In this document: in pieces, positions 36,603-45,707 of the stretch | Layout of the letters: each line of letters begins with the position of its first letter | Numbering within the stretch: position 1 is the first letter of the stretch | NCBI GenBank assembly: GCA_035528115.1 | Contig: DATKZF010000002.1 | Span: forward strand, 69,751 to 133,750 | DNA from: Candidatus Bipolaricaulota bacterium | GTDB taxonomy: Bacteria; Patescibacteriota; Patescibacteriia; UBA11705; DATKZF01 | DNA: 64,000 nt | Direction: 5' to 3' | Translations under genes and position numbers: made by a program | Notes under the pieces: model-generated | The model's input: the letters and a program-made list of their open reading frames with translations, nothing else | What the model was told of the DNA's origin: nothing | Database searches by the model: none

Positions 36603-37259
36603 ATGCTGCTCGACAAAAAAACATTGCTCGATTTGCTCAAAGAAAACAAAATTACCTTCGAACCGAACCTCGATGGTTTTCAGATTCAACCCAATTCAAT
36701 CGATCTTCGGCTCGGCCATTCGTTTTACATTCCGGTTTCTTGGAAATTAAATGAACAAGGCCGGGTGGCCATGTCAGCCGATTACCTTGATTACCACGCG
36801 CCGCAGGATAAACTGCAATTGATCAAATTAAAACCCGGACAATATTTCGAAATTTTACCGCATGAATTCATCATGATTTCCACTTTGGAAAAAATCAGTT
36901 TGAATAACGACAATATCGTGGGCAACCTGCAGCCTCGAAGCACGGCCCTAAGACGCGGTTTGCAAATCACGGGCGGCGCGGTCGATGTTCATTACAGCGG
37001 ACATTTGATCATTCCCATGGTCAATAACACCAACCACATTTTAAGGCTTTATCCGGGCGAGCGCATTTGCCAATTGCAGTTTTTCGAATTAAAGTCGCCG
37101 CTCAGCGTCGAAGAAGCCAAAAAGCACGGTCTGCAAGACGCCAAATACAATGAAGCCACTCCTTACGGTCTGGAAGCCAAGTCCGACAGCCAGGAAGAAA
37201 TCGACTTGATCAAGGCGGGCAAAATCGACGAGCTGAAAAGCAAATATCAAAATCTATGA
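36603..37259 (+). CDS. dcd: dCTP deaminase (dUTPase-superfamily)
   Basis: 218 aa. The PNSIDLRLG motif is present, and ...GGAVDVHYSGHLIIPMVN... belongs to the dCTP deaminase/dUTPase fold. Confidence 0.7.
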   Translation: MLLDKKTLLDLLKENKITFEPNLDGFQIQPNSIDLRLGHSFYIPVSWKLNEQGRVAMSADYLDYHAPQDKLQLIKLKPGQYFEILPHEFIMISTLEKISLNNDNIVGNLQPRSTALRRGLQITGGAVDVHYSGHLIIPMVNNTNHILRLYPGERICQLQFFELKSPLSVEEAKKHGLQDAKYNEATPYGLEAKSDSQEEIDLIKAGKIDELKSKYQNL

Positions 37260-37738
37260 GCGATTCAATAGTTTATCCTTATCTGCCCGAAGGCAAGAAA
37301 ATCCTTTATGTTCCCGAGAACAATATTTTTATTCGCGCGGCTCAAGAAATTCGAGACAATGATTCCACTGACTTGATGAATCCCACCGGCGCCGTCATTG
37401 TCAAAAATGAAACCGTAATTTATCGCTCGGCGAATAAAGCCAAGCTTGAAAACCCGACTTTGCTTAAACTTCATTCAAAATACTGCGTGAGAAGAATTTT
37501 AAGAATTCCCAGCGGCAAAGGCTATTTTCTCTGCCCTGGCTGCGCCGACCACAAACAGCACGCGGAATTCCGCGCTGTATCGCAAGCGATTAAAGAAGGG
37601 CTGGACGTTCTCGACGCGGATCTATATTTGTATGGGCATTGGTGGTGTTGCGAGTCTTGCTGGAATAAAATGATTGAGCACGGCATTAAAGACGTATATC
37701 TTTTGGAAAACGCTCACGCGATTTTCGCCAGAAAATAA
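37256..37738 (+). CDS. dCMP deaminase (ComEB/cytidine-deoxycytidylate deaminase zinc-binding family)
   Basis: The HAEFRAV (HAE) and CPGCADH (PCxxC) zinc-binding motifs are present. The start overlaps the dcd stop by 4 nt. Confidence 0.72.
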   Translation: MSDSIVYPYLPEGKKILYVPENNIFIRAAQEIRDNDSTDLMNPTGAVIVKNETVIYRSANKAKLENPTLLKLHSKYCVRRILRIPSGKGYFLCPGCADHKQHAEFRAVSQAIKEGLDVLDADLYLYGHWWCCESCWNKMIEHGIKDVYLLENAHAIFARK

Positions 37739-37754
37739 TAATCAATATCATCTT

Positions 37755-38324
37755 ATGAACAAAATAATTTTCGGTTTTGTCGGCGAAATCGCCAGCGGCA
37801 AAGGCACGGCTTGCGATTATTTGATCAATAAATACGCGGCCGGTTATCATCGCTACTCCACTATTTTAAGAGACATAACGGATCGTTTGTATTTGGAACA
37901 AAGCCGCGAAAACCTGCAGGACCTGTCAACCATTTTAAGAAACCGCTTCGGACAGGATTTGTTCGCTCAGGTCATGGCCAAAGAAGTCGAGGACGATCCG
38001 GCGGAAATAATCTGCGTGGACGGCATCAGGCGGCCCGATGACATTATTCATTTGAAACAATTGCCCGGGTTTATTCTGGTCAGTATCGTTGCGGACATGA
38101 AAACGCGCCATAAAAGAATCGTGGAACGCGCGGAAAACACGGATGACCAAATCAAAACATTTGAAGAATTCAAAAAAGACCATGAGAACGAAAATGAGAA
38201 AAGCATTCGCGTTGTCGCGCAAGACGCCAAAGAAAAAATAGACAACAACGGCTCTCATGACAAACTGTTCGAGCAAATCGACAGCTTGGTGGAAAAATAT
38301 GAAGATAAAAATAAGCAGAATTGA
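37755..38324 (+). CDS. P-loop nucleoside/nucleotide kinase (dNK/CoaE-like)
   Basis: The Walker A motif is GFVGEIASGKGT. It is about 190 aa and sits inside a dNTP-metabolism operon. Start placed at the internal ATG at 37755. Confidence 0.5.
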   Translation: MNKIIFGFVGEIASGKGTACDYLINKYAAGYHRYSTILRDITDRLYLEQSRENLQDLSTILRNRFGQDLFAQVMAKEVEDDPAEIICVDGIRRPDDIIHLKQLPGFILVSIVADMKTRHKRIVERAENTDDQIKTFEEFKKDHENENEKSIRVVAQDAKEKIDNNGSHDKLFEQIDSLVEKYEDKNKQN

Positions 38325-38733
38325 TAAAACCCTGCCATTGCCGAAATATCAAACGGCCGGTTCGGTCGCTTTTGATTTGTATTCTCGAATCGACAAGGAA
38401 ATTCCCGCGCGATCAATCGACAAAGTGCCGAGCAATCTGATTATCGAAGTGCCGGCTGGATTTGCCTTAATCATTGCCAATCGATCAAGTCTGACCGCTA
38501 AAAAAGGCCTGACCATGTCAAACAACATCGGCATCATCGATCAAGATTTTTGCGGATCTGAAGATGAAATAAATTTAAGTCTTTATAACATTACAGACGA
38601 GCCGGTAAAAATCAAACGCGGCGAACGGCTCTGCCAAGCGCTCTTGGCGCCCGTTGAAAAAGTCGACTTCGAAGAAGTCGAAAAAATTTCCGACAAATCG
38701 CGAGGCGGCTTCGGATCTACAGGCGATTCATGA
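38299..38733 (+). CDS. dut: dUTP diphosphatase
   Basis: MKIKISRIDKTLPLPKYQTAGSVAFDL aligns with the E. coli Dut N-terminus. The five dUTPase motifs (AGSVAFDL, RSSL, IDQDFCGS, GERLCQ, RGGFGSTG) are present. It overlaps the upstream kinase by 26 nt. Confidence 0.85.
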   Translation: MKIKISRIDKTLPLPKYQTAGSVAFDLYSRIDKEIPARSIDKVPSNLIIEVPAGFALIIANRSSLTAKKGLTMSNNIGIIDQDFCGSEDEINLSLYNITDEPVKIKRGERLCQALLAPVEKVDFEEVEKISDKSRGGFGSTGDS

Positions 38734-38734
38734 A

Positions 38735-38920
38735 ACATTGTTACGAATTACAATATTCTATTTGGCTTTTAAACGGTTGTTAAAAAGTACATTCACTTAT
38801 AGCTTTATTCCTAAAAATATTGTAATTCGTAACAGATAACCTAAAAGCTAAATAGAATATTGTAATTCGTAACAAATAACATAGAAGCTAAATGGAATCT
38901 TGTAATTCGTAACACCCCCT
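38735..38920. repeat. Cluster of 4 copies of the ATATTGTAATTCGTAACA word-repeat family downstream of dut
   Basis: attgttacgaattacaatattc, aatattgtaattcgtaacagataacc, aatattgtaattcgtaacaaataac and aatcttgtaattcgtaacaccccc are read directly. Confidence 0.7.
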
Positions 38921-38998
38921 AATTTAATATTTAAAATTAAAAAAGAGCCAAGTCTGACCTGGCTCTTTTGGGCCTAACGTCGTTATCGCGACGGATCT

Positions 38999-39421
38999 CT
39001 AGCCGATCGCCGAAATCGGCTCGCGGTCGTCGCAGATGGCCTCGACCGCGCGGGAGATTGCCCACGCCCACAACGCGGCATAGGCAGGCAGGATAAGGTG
39101 CCGGAAACCCTGGCGATCGCGAATCGGCTGCGGCTCATCCAGATTGTGATTGACAGAAACCACCAACAGCGGGATCTCCTGCCTGATCGCCGCCTGGTGA
39201 ATCTCCAAGACGAGCGGCGTGAGCATTCGATGCTCCCGCCCCCATTCCGCGAGGATGACGAGATCGACTCCCGGAGGCAAATTGATGCCTCCATTGTCGA
39301 GCTGAGCTCGCAGCTCCCGCTCGTCAATGTAGTCGAAATCTTCCTTCAGACACTCTCGACACCATGCTTGCGCGCTTCCGGCCGCGGCCCGATTGTATCC
39401 AATCACCAACACATTCGGCAT
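38999..39421 (-). CDS. GC-rich orphan hypothetical protein with alternating beta-alpha (flavodoxin/Rossmann-like) pattern
   Basis: 140 aa. VLVIGYN...DLVILAEWG...PLLVVSV hydrophobic strands alternate with helices. A G-rich RBS lies upstream. A bidirectional terminator hairpin sits at 38941-38975 (AGAGCCAAGTCTGACCTGGCTCT). Confidence 0.4.
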   Translation of the reverse strand: MPNVLVIGYNRAAAGSAQAWCRECLKEDFDYIDERELRAQLDNGGINLPPGVDLVILAEWGREHRMLTPLVLEIHQAAIRQEIPLLVVSVNHNLDEPQPIRDRQGFRHLILPAYAALWAWAISRAVEAICDDREPISAIG

Positions 39422-39751
39422 TGTCCACCCCCCTCAGTCATCAATAGTTGCGGTGTTCACCCGTTTTCTCGGGCAATATTATATGTTTACTACGAAAAGA
39501 TGATTTTGTCAATAACATGAACGGTTAACTAATTAAAGTAGTTAGAGTAGTTTAAACGATTAATGATTATTTATACCAATTCAATTTATAATAAACATAA
39601 CACCAAGCCAAACTTATCAGCTGCTGTAATTTGTAACGTATTTGTAATTATTGGTAATAAATCAATAAAACCTAAATATAACTTATCTTTTTGAATGCAA
39701 TTATTTGTAATTTATGATAAAATAAGCTAAACGCATATCTAACATAAAAAT

Positions 39752-40396
39752 ATGTCAGGAAAATTCATTGTCTTTGAAGGCGGAGAAGGCACGGGAAAAA
39801 CCACGCAAATCAAACTTTTGGAAGAACAATTGAAAAACGCGGGCTATCAAACTCTTTTAACCAGAGAACCCGGCGGAACGGATTGTCCGATCGCGGAAAA
39901 AATCAGAACACTGCTTAAAGACCCGGCCAATAAAGAAATGATGCCTGAGACCGAATTATTTTTGTTTTGCGCGTCGCGCGCTCAGCATGTCAAACAAATC
40001 ATCAGACCGAAAATGGATCAAGGAACGATCGTTATTTGCGACAGATTTCAAGGCTCCTCTTTCGCCTATCAGCATTTCGGCAGAGGCCTGTTCGATTTGA
40101 ATAAAGTCAAAGAAATAAACGGCTTTGCCACGGGCGGCCTGAATCCCGATCTGACCATACTTTTGGACATTGACCCGAAAATCGGTTTGGCCAGAGTGGA
40201 AAACGGCCAAGATAGAAATAATTTAAAAGACGACCGCTTTGACGCGGAGAAAATCGAATTTCACGAAAAAGTCAGGCAAGGTTATTTGTCTTTGGCGAAA
40301 ACCGAAGTCAATTGGGTAGTCATTGACGCGGATGATACGATTGAAAATATTCAGAATAAGATTTGGCAAGAGATTAAGAAAATTCTAATGGTATAA
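39752..40396 (+). CDS. tmk: Thymidylate kinase
   Basis: FIVFEGGEGTGKTTQ P-loop; LLTREPGGT; DRF(Q) motif (CDRFQGSSFAYQ). Confidence 0.9.
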   Translation: MSGKFIVFEGGEGTGKTTQIKLLEEQLKNAGYQTLLTREPGGTDCPIAEKIRTLLKDPANKEMMPETELFLFCASRAQHVKQIIRPKMDQGTIVICDRFQGSSFAYQHFGRGLFDLNKVKEINGFATGGLNPDLTILLDIDPKIGLARVENGQDRNNLKDDRFDAEKIEFHEKVRQGYLSLAKTEVNWVVIDADDTIENIQNKIWQEIKKILMV

Positions 40397-40597
40397 ACAA
40401 CAATATTTTGTCATTTCGACCCCTCGGCCATGCTCGGGGCAGGCTGGAGAGAGCGAAGTGAACGGAATGGAGAAATCTTATTAAAGCCGCCGCTTATGCT
40501 TCCACTGCTATTTTGTGGATTCCCGCTTTCGCGGGAATGACAATCGTCGCGGCGGATCCTCATTCGTAATTATTTGTAATATGTAATTATTCGTAAT

Positions 40598-42136
40598 ATG
40601 AAATATACTCCAATAATCGGCCTCGAATTTCACATTCAGCTGAATACTCGCAGCAAAATGTTTTGCGATTGCGATAATTTGAACGAAGATGATTTGCCGA
40701 ACACGGCCATCTGCCCGATCTGTCTGGGCCAGCCGGGAGCCTTGCCGACTTTGAACAAAAAAGCGATTGAATCCGCGGTCAAACTCGGTTTGGCGCTGAA
40801 TTGCGAAATAGCTTCATTCACCAAATTCGATCGCAAAAATTATTTTTACCCTGATCTGCCCAAAGGTTATCAAATCTCGCAATTTGATTTGCCGATTTGC
40901 TCGGAAGGAAATTTTATAATCAATGCGGGCGCCAAAGACGGCCTGGCCGGCAGACTGGACAAAGAAGAAGAATTGAAAAGAATCAGAATCGTGCGCGCGC
41001 ACATGGAAGAAGACACGGCAAAAATGATTCATTCGAAGGAAGAGTCAAAATCGCTTTTGGATTTCAATCGCAGCGGTTCGCCTTTGCTGGAAATAGTCAC
41101 CTATCCGGATTTTCGAAATCCGAGCGAAGCCAAGACCTTTGGCCAAGAATTGCAACTGCTGGTGCGGGAACTGGGAATTTCAGACGCTGACATGGAAAAA
41201 GGGCATCTTCGCTGCGACGCCAATATTTCGCTATTGCCTGAAAACGACACGGAATTAAATCCCAAAACCGAAATCAAAAACATCAATTCGTTCAAATCGC
41301 TGGAAAAGGCGCTGGAATTTGAAATCAACAGACAGACCTTGCTTTGGGAAAAAGGCGAAGCGCCCAAAGAGCAAGCGACTCGCGGCTGGAACGATAAAAT
41401 TCAAGAGACGGTGGAGCAACGCTCCAAAGAAGGCGCGAAAGATTACCGCTATTTTCCGGAGCCGGATATTCCTCCGCTGACCATTGGCAAAGAATACGTG
41501 GCGGAAATAAAAGCGCTCTTGCCCGAATTGCCGCAAGCCAAGCGCCGACGATTCATGGAAGAATACGGCTTTCCCGGCGAAGCCGCTAAAATTTTAACTT
41601 CAAACAAACAAATCGATGACTTTACCGAGCGAGCGATTTCAGAGCTGAGCGAATGGGTGTCCACTCTCGAAGAGGTCGAAGGGTCAAAAGAAGAAATCTG
41701 GGAAAATTCGAAAAAGAAATTGATTAAAACTTTAAGCGACCGGCTAATCAACGGACTTTTGCCGATATTGGAAAAAGAAAATATTGATTTGTCCGAAAGC
41801 AAAATCAATCCTGAAAACTTCGCTGAATTGATTACCATGATTTTTGAAAGAAAAGTAAACAGCGCGGCCGCCGATAAAATATTGGAAGCCATGGTAAAAA
41901 CCGGCATTGGCCCGTCGCAGGCCGTTGTGGAATTGAATTTGGAACAAGTGTCCGATGACGAAACCATTGAAGCCGTGGTTGATTCGGTGATCAAACAATG
42001 TCCGGATCAAGTGGCCGAATACAAATCAGGCAAGGAGCCGATAATAAAATATTTATTGGGCCAAGTCATGAAACAATCCGGCGGCAAGGTTGAGCCGAAA
42101 AAGGCGGAAGAAATTTTAAAAAACAAATTGAAATAA
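40598..42136 (+). CDS. gatB: Asp-tRNA(Asn)/Glu-tRNA(Gln) amidotransferase subunit B
   Basis: 512 aa. The MKYTPIIGLEFHIQLNTRSKMFCDC N-terminus and the C-terminal YqeY-like domain match GatB. It is followed by GC-rich palindromic terminators at 42160-42235 (GTAGAGACGCGCCGCGGCGCGTCTCTAC). Confidence 0.9.
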   Translation: MKYTPIIGLEFHIQLNTRSKMFCDCDNLNEDDLPNTAICPICLGQPGALPTLNKKAIESAVKLGLALNCEIASFTKFDRKNYFYPDLPKGYQISQFDLPICSEGNFIINAGAKDGLAGRLDKEEELKRIRIVRAHMEEDTAKMIHSKEESKSLLDFNRSGSPLLEIVTYPDFRNPSEAKTFGQELQLLVRELGISDADMEKGHLRCDANISLLPENDTELNPKTEIKNINSFKSLEKALEFEINRQTLLWEKGEAPKEQATRGWNDKIQETVEQRSKEGAKDYRYFPEPDIPPLTIGKEYVAEIKALLPELPQAKRRRFMEEYGFPGEAAKILTSNKQIDDFTERAISELSEWVSTLEEVEGSKEEIWENSKKKLIKTLSDRLINGLLPILEKENIDLSESKINPENFAELITMIFERKVNSAAADKILEAMVKTGIGPSQAVVELNLEQVSDDETIEAVVDSVIKQCPDQVAEYKSGKEPIIKYLLGQVMKQSGGKVEPKKAEEILKNKLK

Positions 42137-42298
42137 ACGCGCGGCAACGGACGAATGTCCGTCGTAGAGACGCGCCGCGGCGCGTCTCTACACGGCGGCG
42201 AAATCGCCGCCGGCCGCGCGTTTTTATTTTTTAAAATAGAAGAACGCCGTCTGGATTGACCAAACGGCGCTCAAGAACTGCAGGAGGCGCCCACTCCC

Positions 42299-43012
42299 CT
42301 AGTACGGGTAGCAGGCGCCATCGTTGTCGCAGTACGTGCCGGTCGGACAGTCGTTGTCCGATCCGCAGGTGGCAGGCCGAGGCTCGGGCGCGCTCTGGTA
42401 ACAGAGCCCGTCCGAGGAGCAGAAGGTTCCGACCGGACAGTCGCTGGCCGACTGGCAGCCGGTCCGCGTGAGCGGGACACAGCTACCATCCGCGGCGCAG
42501 AAGTTGCCGACCGGGCAGTCGTAGTCCGAGATGCAACCGGCCTGCATCGCATAGCAGGCACCGTCAGCACCGCAGTAGAAACCGATATGACAGTCGGCAT
42601 CCACGCGGCAGCCTCCGACCGGACCGTCTTCGACCACGACCGCGACTTGCGAGACGCTGCAATAGCCGTCCCAGTCGCAGAACATGTCGGACCGGCAGTC
42701 CCAGTCGCTGGCACAGGGGTACAACCACTCACAGTAGTTGACCCCCGGGACAGCCATCGGCTGACAGTACATGTTGAACGGACAATCATCGTCCGTCCAA
42801 CAACCACCGTCTGTCGCGACCGCCTCGTCCACGTAGCCGGGCTCGCCGATGCAGGTGTTTCCCACATCGGTGCCGGTGCAGACCGTCCCGTACGGACAGT
42901 CGTAGTCGCTGTAGCACTGATCGTCGATCGGCTCGTGGTAGCCGACCGAGCCGAAGCAGCCGTTGAAGAAAGCGCACAGGACGCACAACGCCGCAAACAT
43001 CATGCTTTTCAT
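42299..43012 (-). CDS. Secreted cysteine-rich repeat protein with about 8 tandem DxDCPxGxxC(x)2-4DG(x)C modules; GC-rich
   Basis: The start is at the internal ATG at 43012, preceded by GGGGAG. The signal peptide is MKSMMFAALCVLCAFFNGCFG. Repeats such as SDYDCPYGTVCTG, TDDDCPFNMYCQP, SDWDCRSDMFCDWDGYC, VDADCHIGFYCGADGAC, SDYDCPVGNFCAADGSC, SASDCPVGTFCSSDGLC and SDNDCPTGTYCDNDGAC are read directly. Confidence 0.6.
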   Translation of the reverse strand: MKSMMFAALCVLCAFFNGCFGSVGYHEPIDDQCYSDYDCPYGTVCTGTDVGNTCIGEPGYVDEAVATDGGCWTDDDCPFNMYCQPMAVPGVNYCEWLYPCASDWDCRSDMFCDWDGYCSVSQVAVVVEDGPVGGCRVDADCHIGFYCGADGACYAMQAGCISDYDCPVGNFCAADGSCVPLTRTGCQSASDCPVGTFCSSDGLCYQSAPEPRPATCGSDNDCPTGTYCDNDGACYPY

Positions 43013-43196
43013 GATCTCTCCCCTTTTCTTTTCCCGCCTTGGCGGGATTTTGAAGTTCTTGCAATTCCAGTAAATCATTATATTATATCATATTTAATCA
43101 AAAAAGTCAATGATTGTAGTCTTTTTTTATCTAATTTTGGATAAAAAAAGCGAAATGCAAACATTCCGCAAACAAATAGAAATGGATAATGTATTA

Positions 43197-44117
43197 TCAG
43201 CTTAAAAACGCGTTAATAAGCGGTTTGGCGTCCTTTGGTCCATTGACCCATTTAATTGATTTATCGCGCAAAAACCAAGTATTTTGGCGCTTGGCGTAGT
43301 GTCTGGTGTTGATCTTAAGATCCTCTTTGGCTTTGGCCAGATCCGTTCTGCCTTGAATGAATTCGCAGACTTCCTGATAGCCGATGGTGTTCTTCATAAT
43401 CGGCAAATCGCAAGTATAACCGCTCTTATTAAGCTCCTTTATTTCTTCGACCAAACCCTGCGCAAACATCTCATCCACTCGATGATTTATTTTTTCATAC
43501 AATTCTTCCTTGTCGACTTTCACTCCCAAAGTCAAAAATTTATATTTTTTAGAAACACCGCGTTGCTGAAATTCGGAAAACTTCTTGCCCGAGCTCATGA
43601 CCACTTCAAGCGCTCTGATCACTCGGCGCGGATTTTTCAAATCAATCAATTCCTCGGCTTCGGGGTCGAGCTTCAATAATTTTTCAACCAAATATTCAAG
43701 TCCTTTTTTTTCAAATTTTTTATTGAGCTTGTCTCTTAATTTTTGCGAGGACGCGGGCGCCAATGAAAATCCTTGCGTCAGCGCTGAAATATAAAGTCCG
43801 GTGCCGCCGACAATGATCGGCGTTTGATCCGGATTCTCGGCGATAATGCGATCAACTTCGGACAACCAATCGGCTACGGTAAAATCGTTTTTCGGATCGA
43901 TTATGTCAACCAAATATTCGGCAATGCCGTTGACATAAAAGACGCCATCCTTCCATTCTCCTTGGTCTTTATTGGTGCCGATATTCATGTGTTTATAAAT
44001 TTGGCGAGAATCCGCGGCAATCAAAAAACCGTCATGCTCTTTGGCGATTTGCAGAGCAAGACCAGATTTGCCCGAGCCTGTCGGACCGCAGATGATAATT
44101 ATCTTTCTTTTCTTCAT
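43197..44117 (-). CDS. miaA: tRNA dimethylallyltransferase
   Basis: The P-loop is IIICGPTGSGKS, followed by ...ADSRQIYKHMNIGTNKD. It is 306 aa, typical of MiaA. Confidence 0.9.
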   Translation of the reverse strand: MKKRKIIIICGPTGSGKSGLALQIAKEHDGFLIAADSRQIYKHMNIGTNKDQGEWKDGVFYVNGIAEYLVDIIDPKNDFTVADWLSEVDRIIAENPDQTPIIVGGTGLYISALTQGFSLAPASSQKLRDKLNKKFEKKGLEYLVEKLLKLDPEAEELIDLKNPRRVIRALEVVMSSGKKFSEFQQRGVSKKYKFLTLGVKVDKEELYEKINHRVDEMFAQGLVEEIKELNKSGYTCDLPIMKNTIGYQEVCEFIQGRTDLAKAKEDLKINTRHYAKRQNTWFLRDKSIKWVNGPKDAKPLINAFLS

Positions 44118-44364
44118 AAAATTCTAAATTCTAATACCTAAATCCGAAACAAATTCCAATTTCCAAAATCCCAAATTCTAATATTGACGATTCGAACCAA
44201 ACAAGCCCGTGGGGGTCTGGGGGAAAATGCTGAGCCGTGGCGAGATCATTAACATTTAATCGACGCTTTGCGAATCATTTTCCCCCAGCGCTTTTTGCCC
44301 ACTTTTTGGCGCCAAAAAGTGGGTCGGCGATGCCCCAAATGGGCAAGCCGAAACCAAGCCTTTC

Positions 44365-45645
44365 TTAAACAACCCCTCCTATCAAAATCCACTCCTTCGC
44401 CTCTTTGACTTTAACATCAATGATTTTTCCCAGCAAATCTTTGTCGCTTTCAATTCTGACTCTTTTCATTTCCAAACTATTACCTTCCCAAATATTTTCA
44501 GCCACTTTCTTATCAATCAAAACCGAAACGGTTTTGCCCAAATATTTCTGATTGTTTTCCAAGGAATATTTCACGTTCAATTTTTGCAATTCTTCCCAGC
44601 GCGATTTTTTTTCTTCGCGGGAAACATCATCGGGCAATTTAGCGGCGGCCGTGCCCGGTCGCGGAGAAAACCGCGCGAGATAGGCTATATCAAATTTCAC
44701 CTTGTCATATAAATCAATCGTATCCTGAAAATCTTTTTGCGTTTCACCCGAAAAACCGACGATGATATCAGTGGCCAGCGCGATATCCGGCTTTACCTGC
44801 CTGACTTTTTCAATAATTTTCAAATAATCTTCAACGGTGTATTTTCTATTCATGCTTTTTAAAATTTCATTCGAACCGGATTGAACCGCCAGATGCAAAA
44901 AATTCATTTGCTTTGGCAAAGTCAAAGCGTTAATCAAATCATCGGACATGTCTTTGGGATGGCTGGCCGTAAAATTGATTCTCTTCAAACCGTCGAGCTT
45001 GTTTAATTCCCACAACAATTTGGCGAAATTATTTTCATAAGGATTTTCAACGGAAAAGGAATCCAAATCCTCCGGCTTGTATGAATTCACGTTTTGGCCG
45101 AGCAAAGTGATTTCTTGACCGCCGCTCGCAATGAAACTTTTTATTTGCGAAATCAAATCTTTAACCCGCGCGCTTTCTTCCCTGCCTCGAGTCAGCGGCA
45201 CCACGCAGTAAGAACAAAAATTATCGCAGCCGGTCATAATCGGGATAAACGCCTGAAAAGAAGATTCATATTTAGGCGCGACTTTCAAATAATCTTTGGG
45301 TAAAGTTTCCTTTTCAAATAAAAACTTTTCCAGCTGCCATAAATTTTTAATATTGAAAATAAAATCGAACTTGTTTTCGAATTTTTTTCTGTCCGATTCG
45401 GCCACGCAACCCGTTAAAATAGTCATGGCTCCTTTTTTTCTGTTTTCCTGCCATAGACGCGCTTTGCCGAAAACCCTGTCCACGCCTTTTTGCCTGACCG
45501 AGCAGGAGACAATCAATAAAATGTCGGCTTTATTTTCATCTTCAATCTCAACATAGCCTGATTTTCGCAAAACCGCGGCAATTCTCTCAGCGTCCGATTT
45601 ATTCATCTGACAACCGAAAACGACAATTTTATAAGATTTATCCAT
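44365..45645 (-). CDS. miaB: tRNA methylthiotransferase (MiaB-like radical SAM enzyme with MTTase N-domain and TRAM domain)
   Basis: The MTTase N-terminal domain (VVFGCQMN) is present. The radical-SAM motif is CDNFCSYCVVP (CxxxCxxC), and a C-terminal TRAM-like domain follows. Adjacent to miaA. Confidence 0.8.
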   Translation of the reverse strand: MDKSYKIVVFGCQMNKSDAERIAAVLRKSGYVEIEDENKADILLIVSCSVRQKGVDRVFGKARLWQENRKKGAMTILTGCVAESDRKKFENKFDFIFNIKNLWQLEKFLFEKETLPKDYLKVAPKYESSFQAFIPIMTGCDNFCSYCVVPLTRGREESARVKDLISQIKSFIASGGQEITLLGQNVNSYKPEDLDSFSVENPYENNFAKLLWELNKLDGLKRINFTASHPKDMSDDLINALTLPKQMNFLHLAVQSGSNEILKSMNRKYTVEDYLKIIEKVRQVKPDIALATDIIVGFSGETQKDFQDTIDLYDKVKFDIAYLARFSPRPGTAAAKLPDDVSREEKKSRWEELQKLNVKYSLENNQKYLGKTVSVLIDKKVAENIWEGNSLEMKRVRIESDKDLLGKIIDVKVKEAKEWILIGGVV

Positions 45646-45707
45646 AAAGCATTGACAAATAAATAAAACATGTTAAGATAACAAACCTATTGCAAGGAGG
45701 AGTCACC

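Noticed and set aside
40814-42010. Several 70-180-aa ORFs antisense to or overlapping gatB (40814..41032, 41101..41367, 41255..41536, 41449..41994, 41744..42010, 40897..41190)
   Set aside because: All lie inside the strongly supported gatB reading frame on the other strand or phase. None has recognisable domains.
42271-43144. Alternative-frame ORFs 42271..42996 (-), 42587..43144 (+), 42786..43064 (-) over the Cys-rich gene
   Set aside because: Thr/Arg/Ala-rich off-frame products of GC-rich DNA. The chosen frame has a signal peptide and a periodic Cys repeat.
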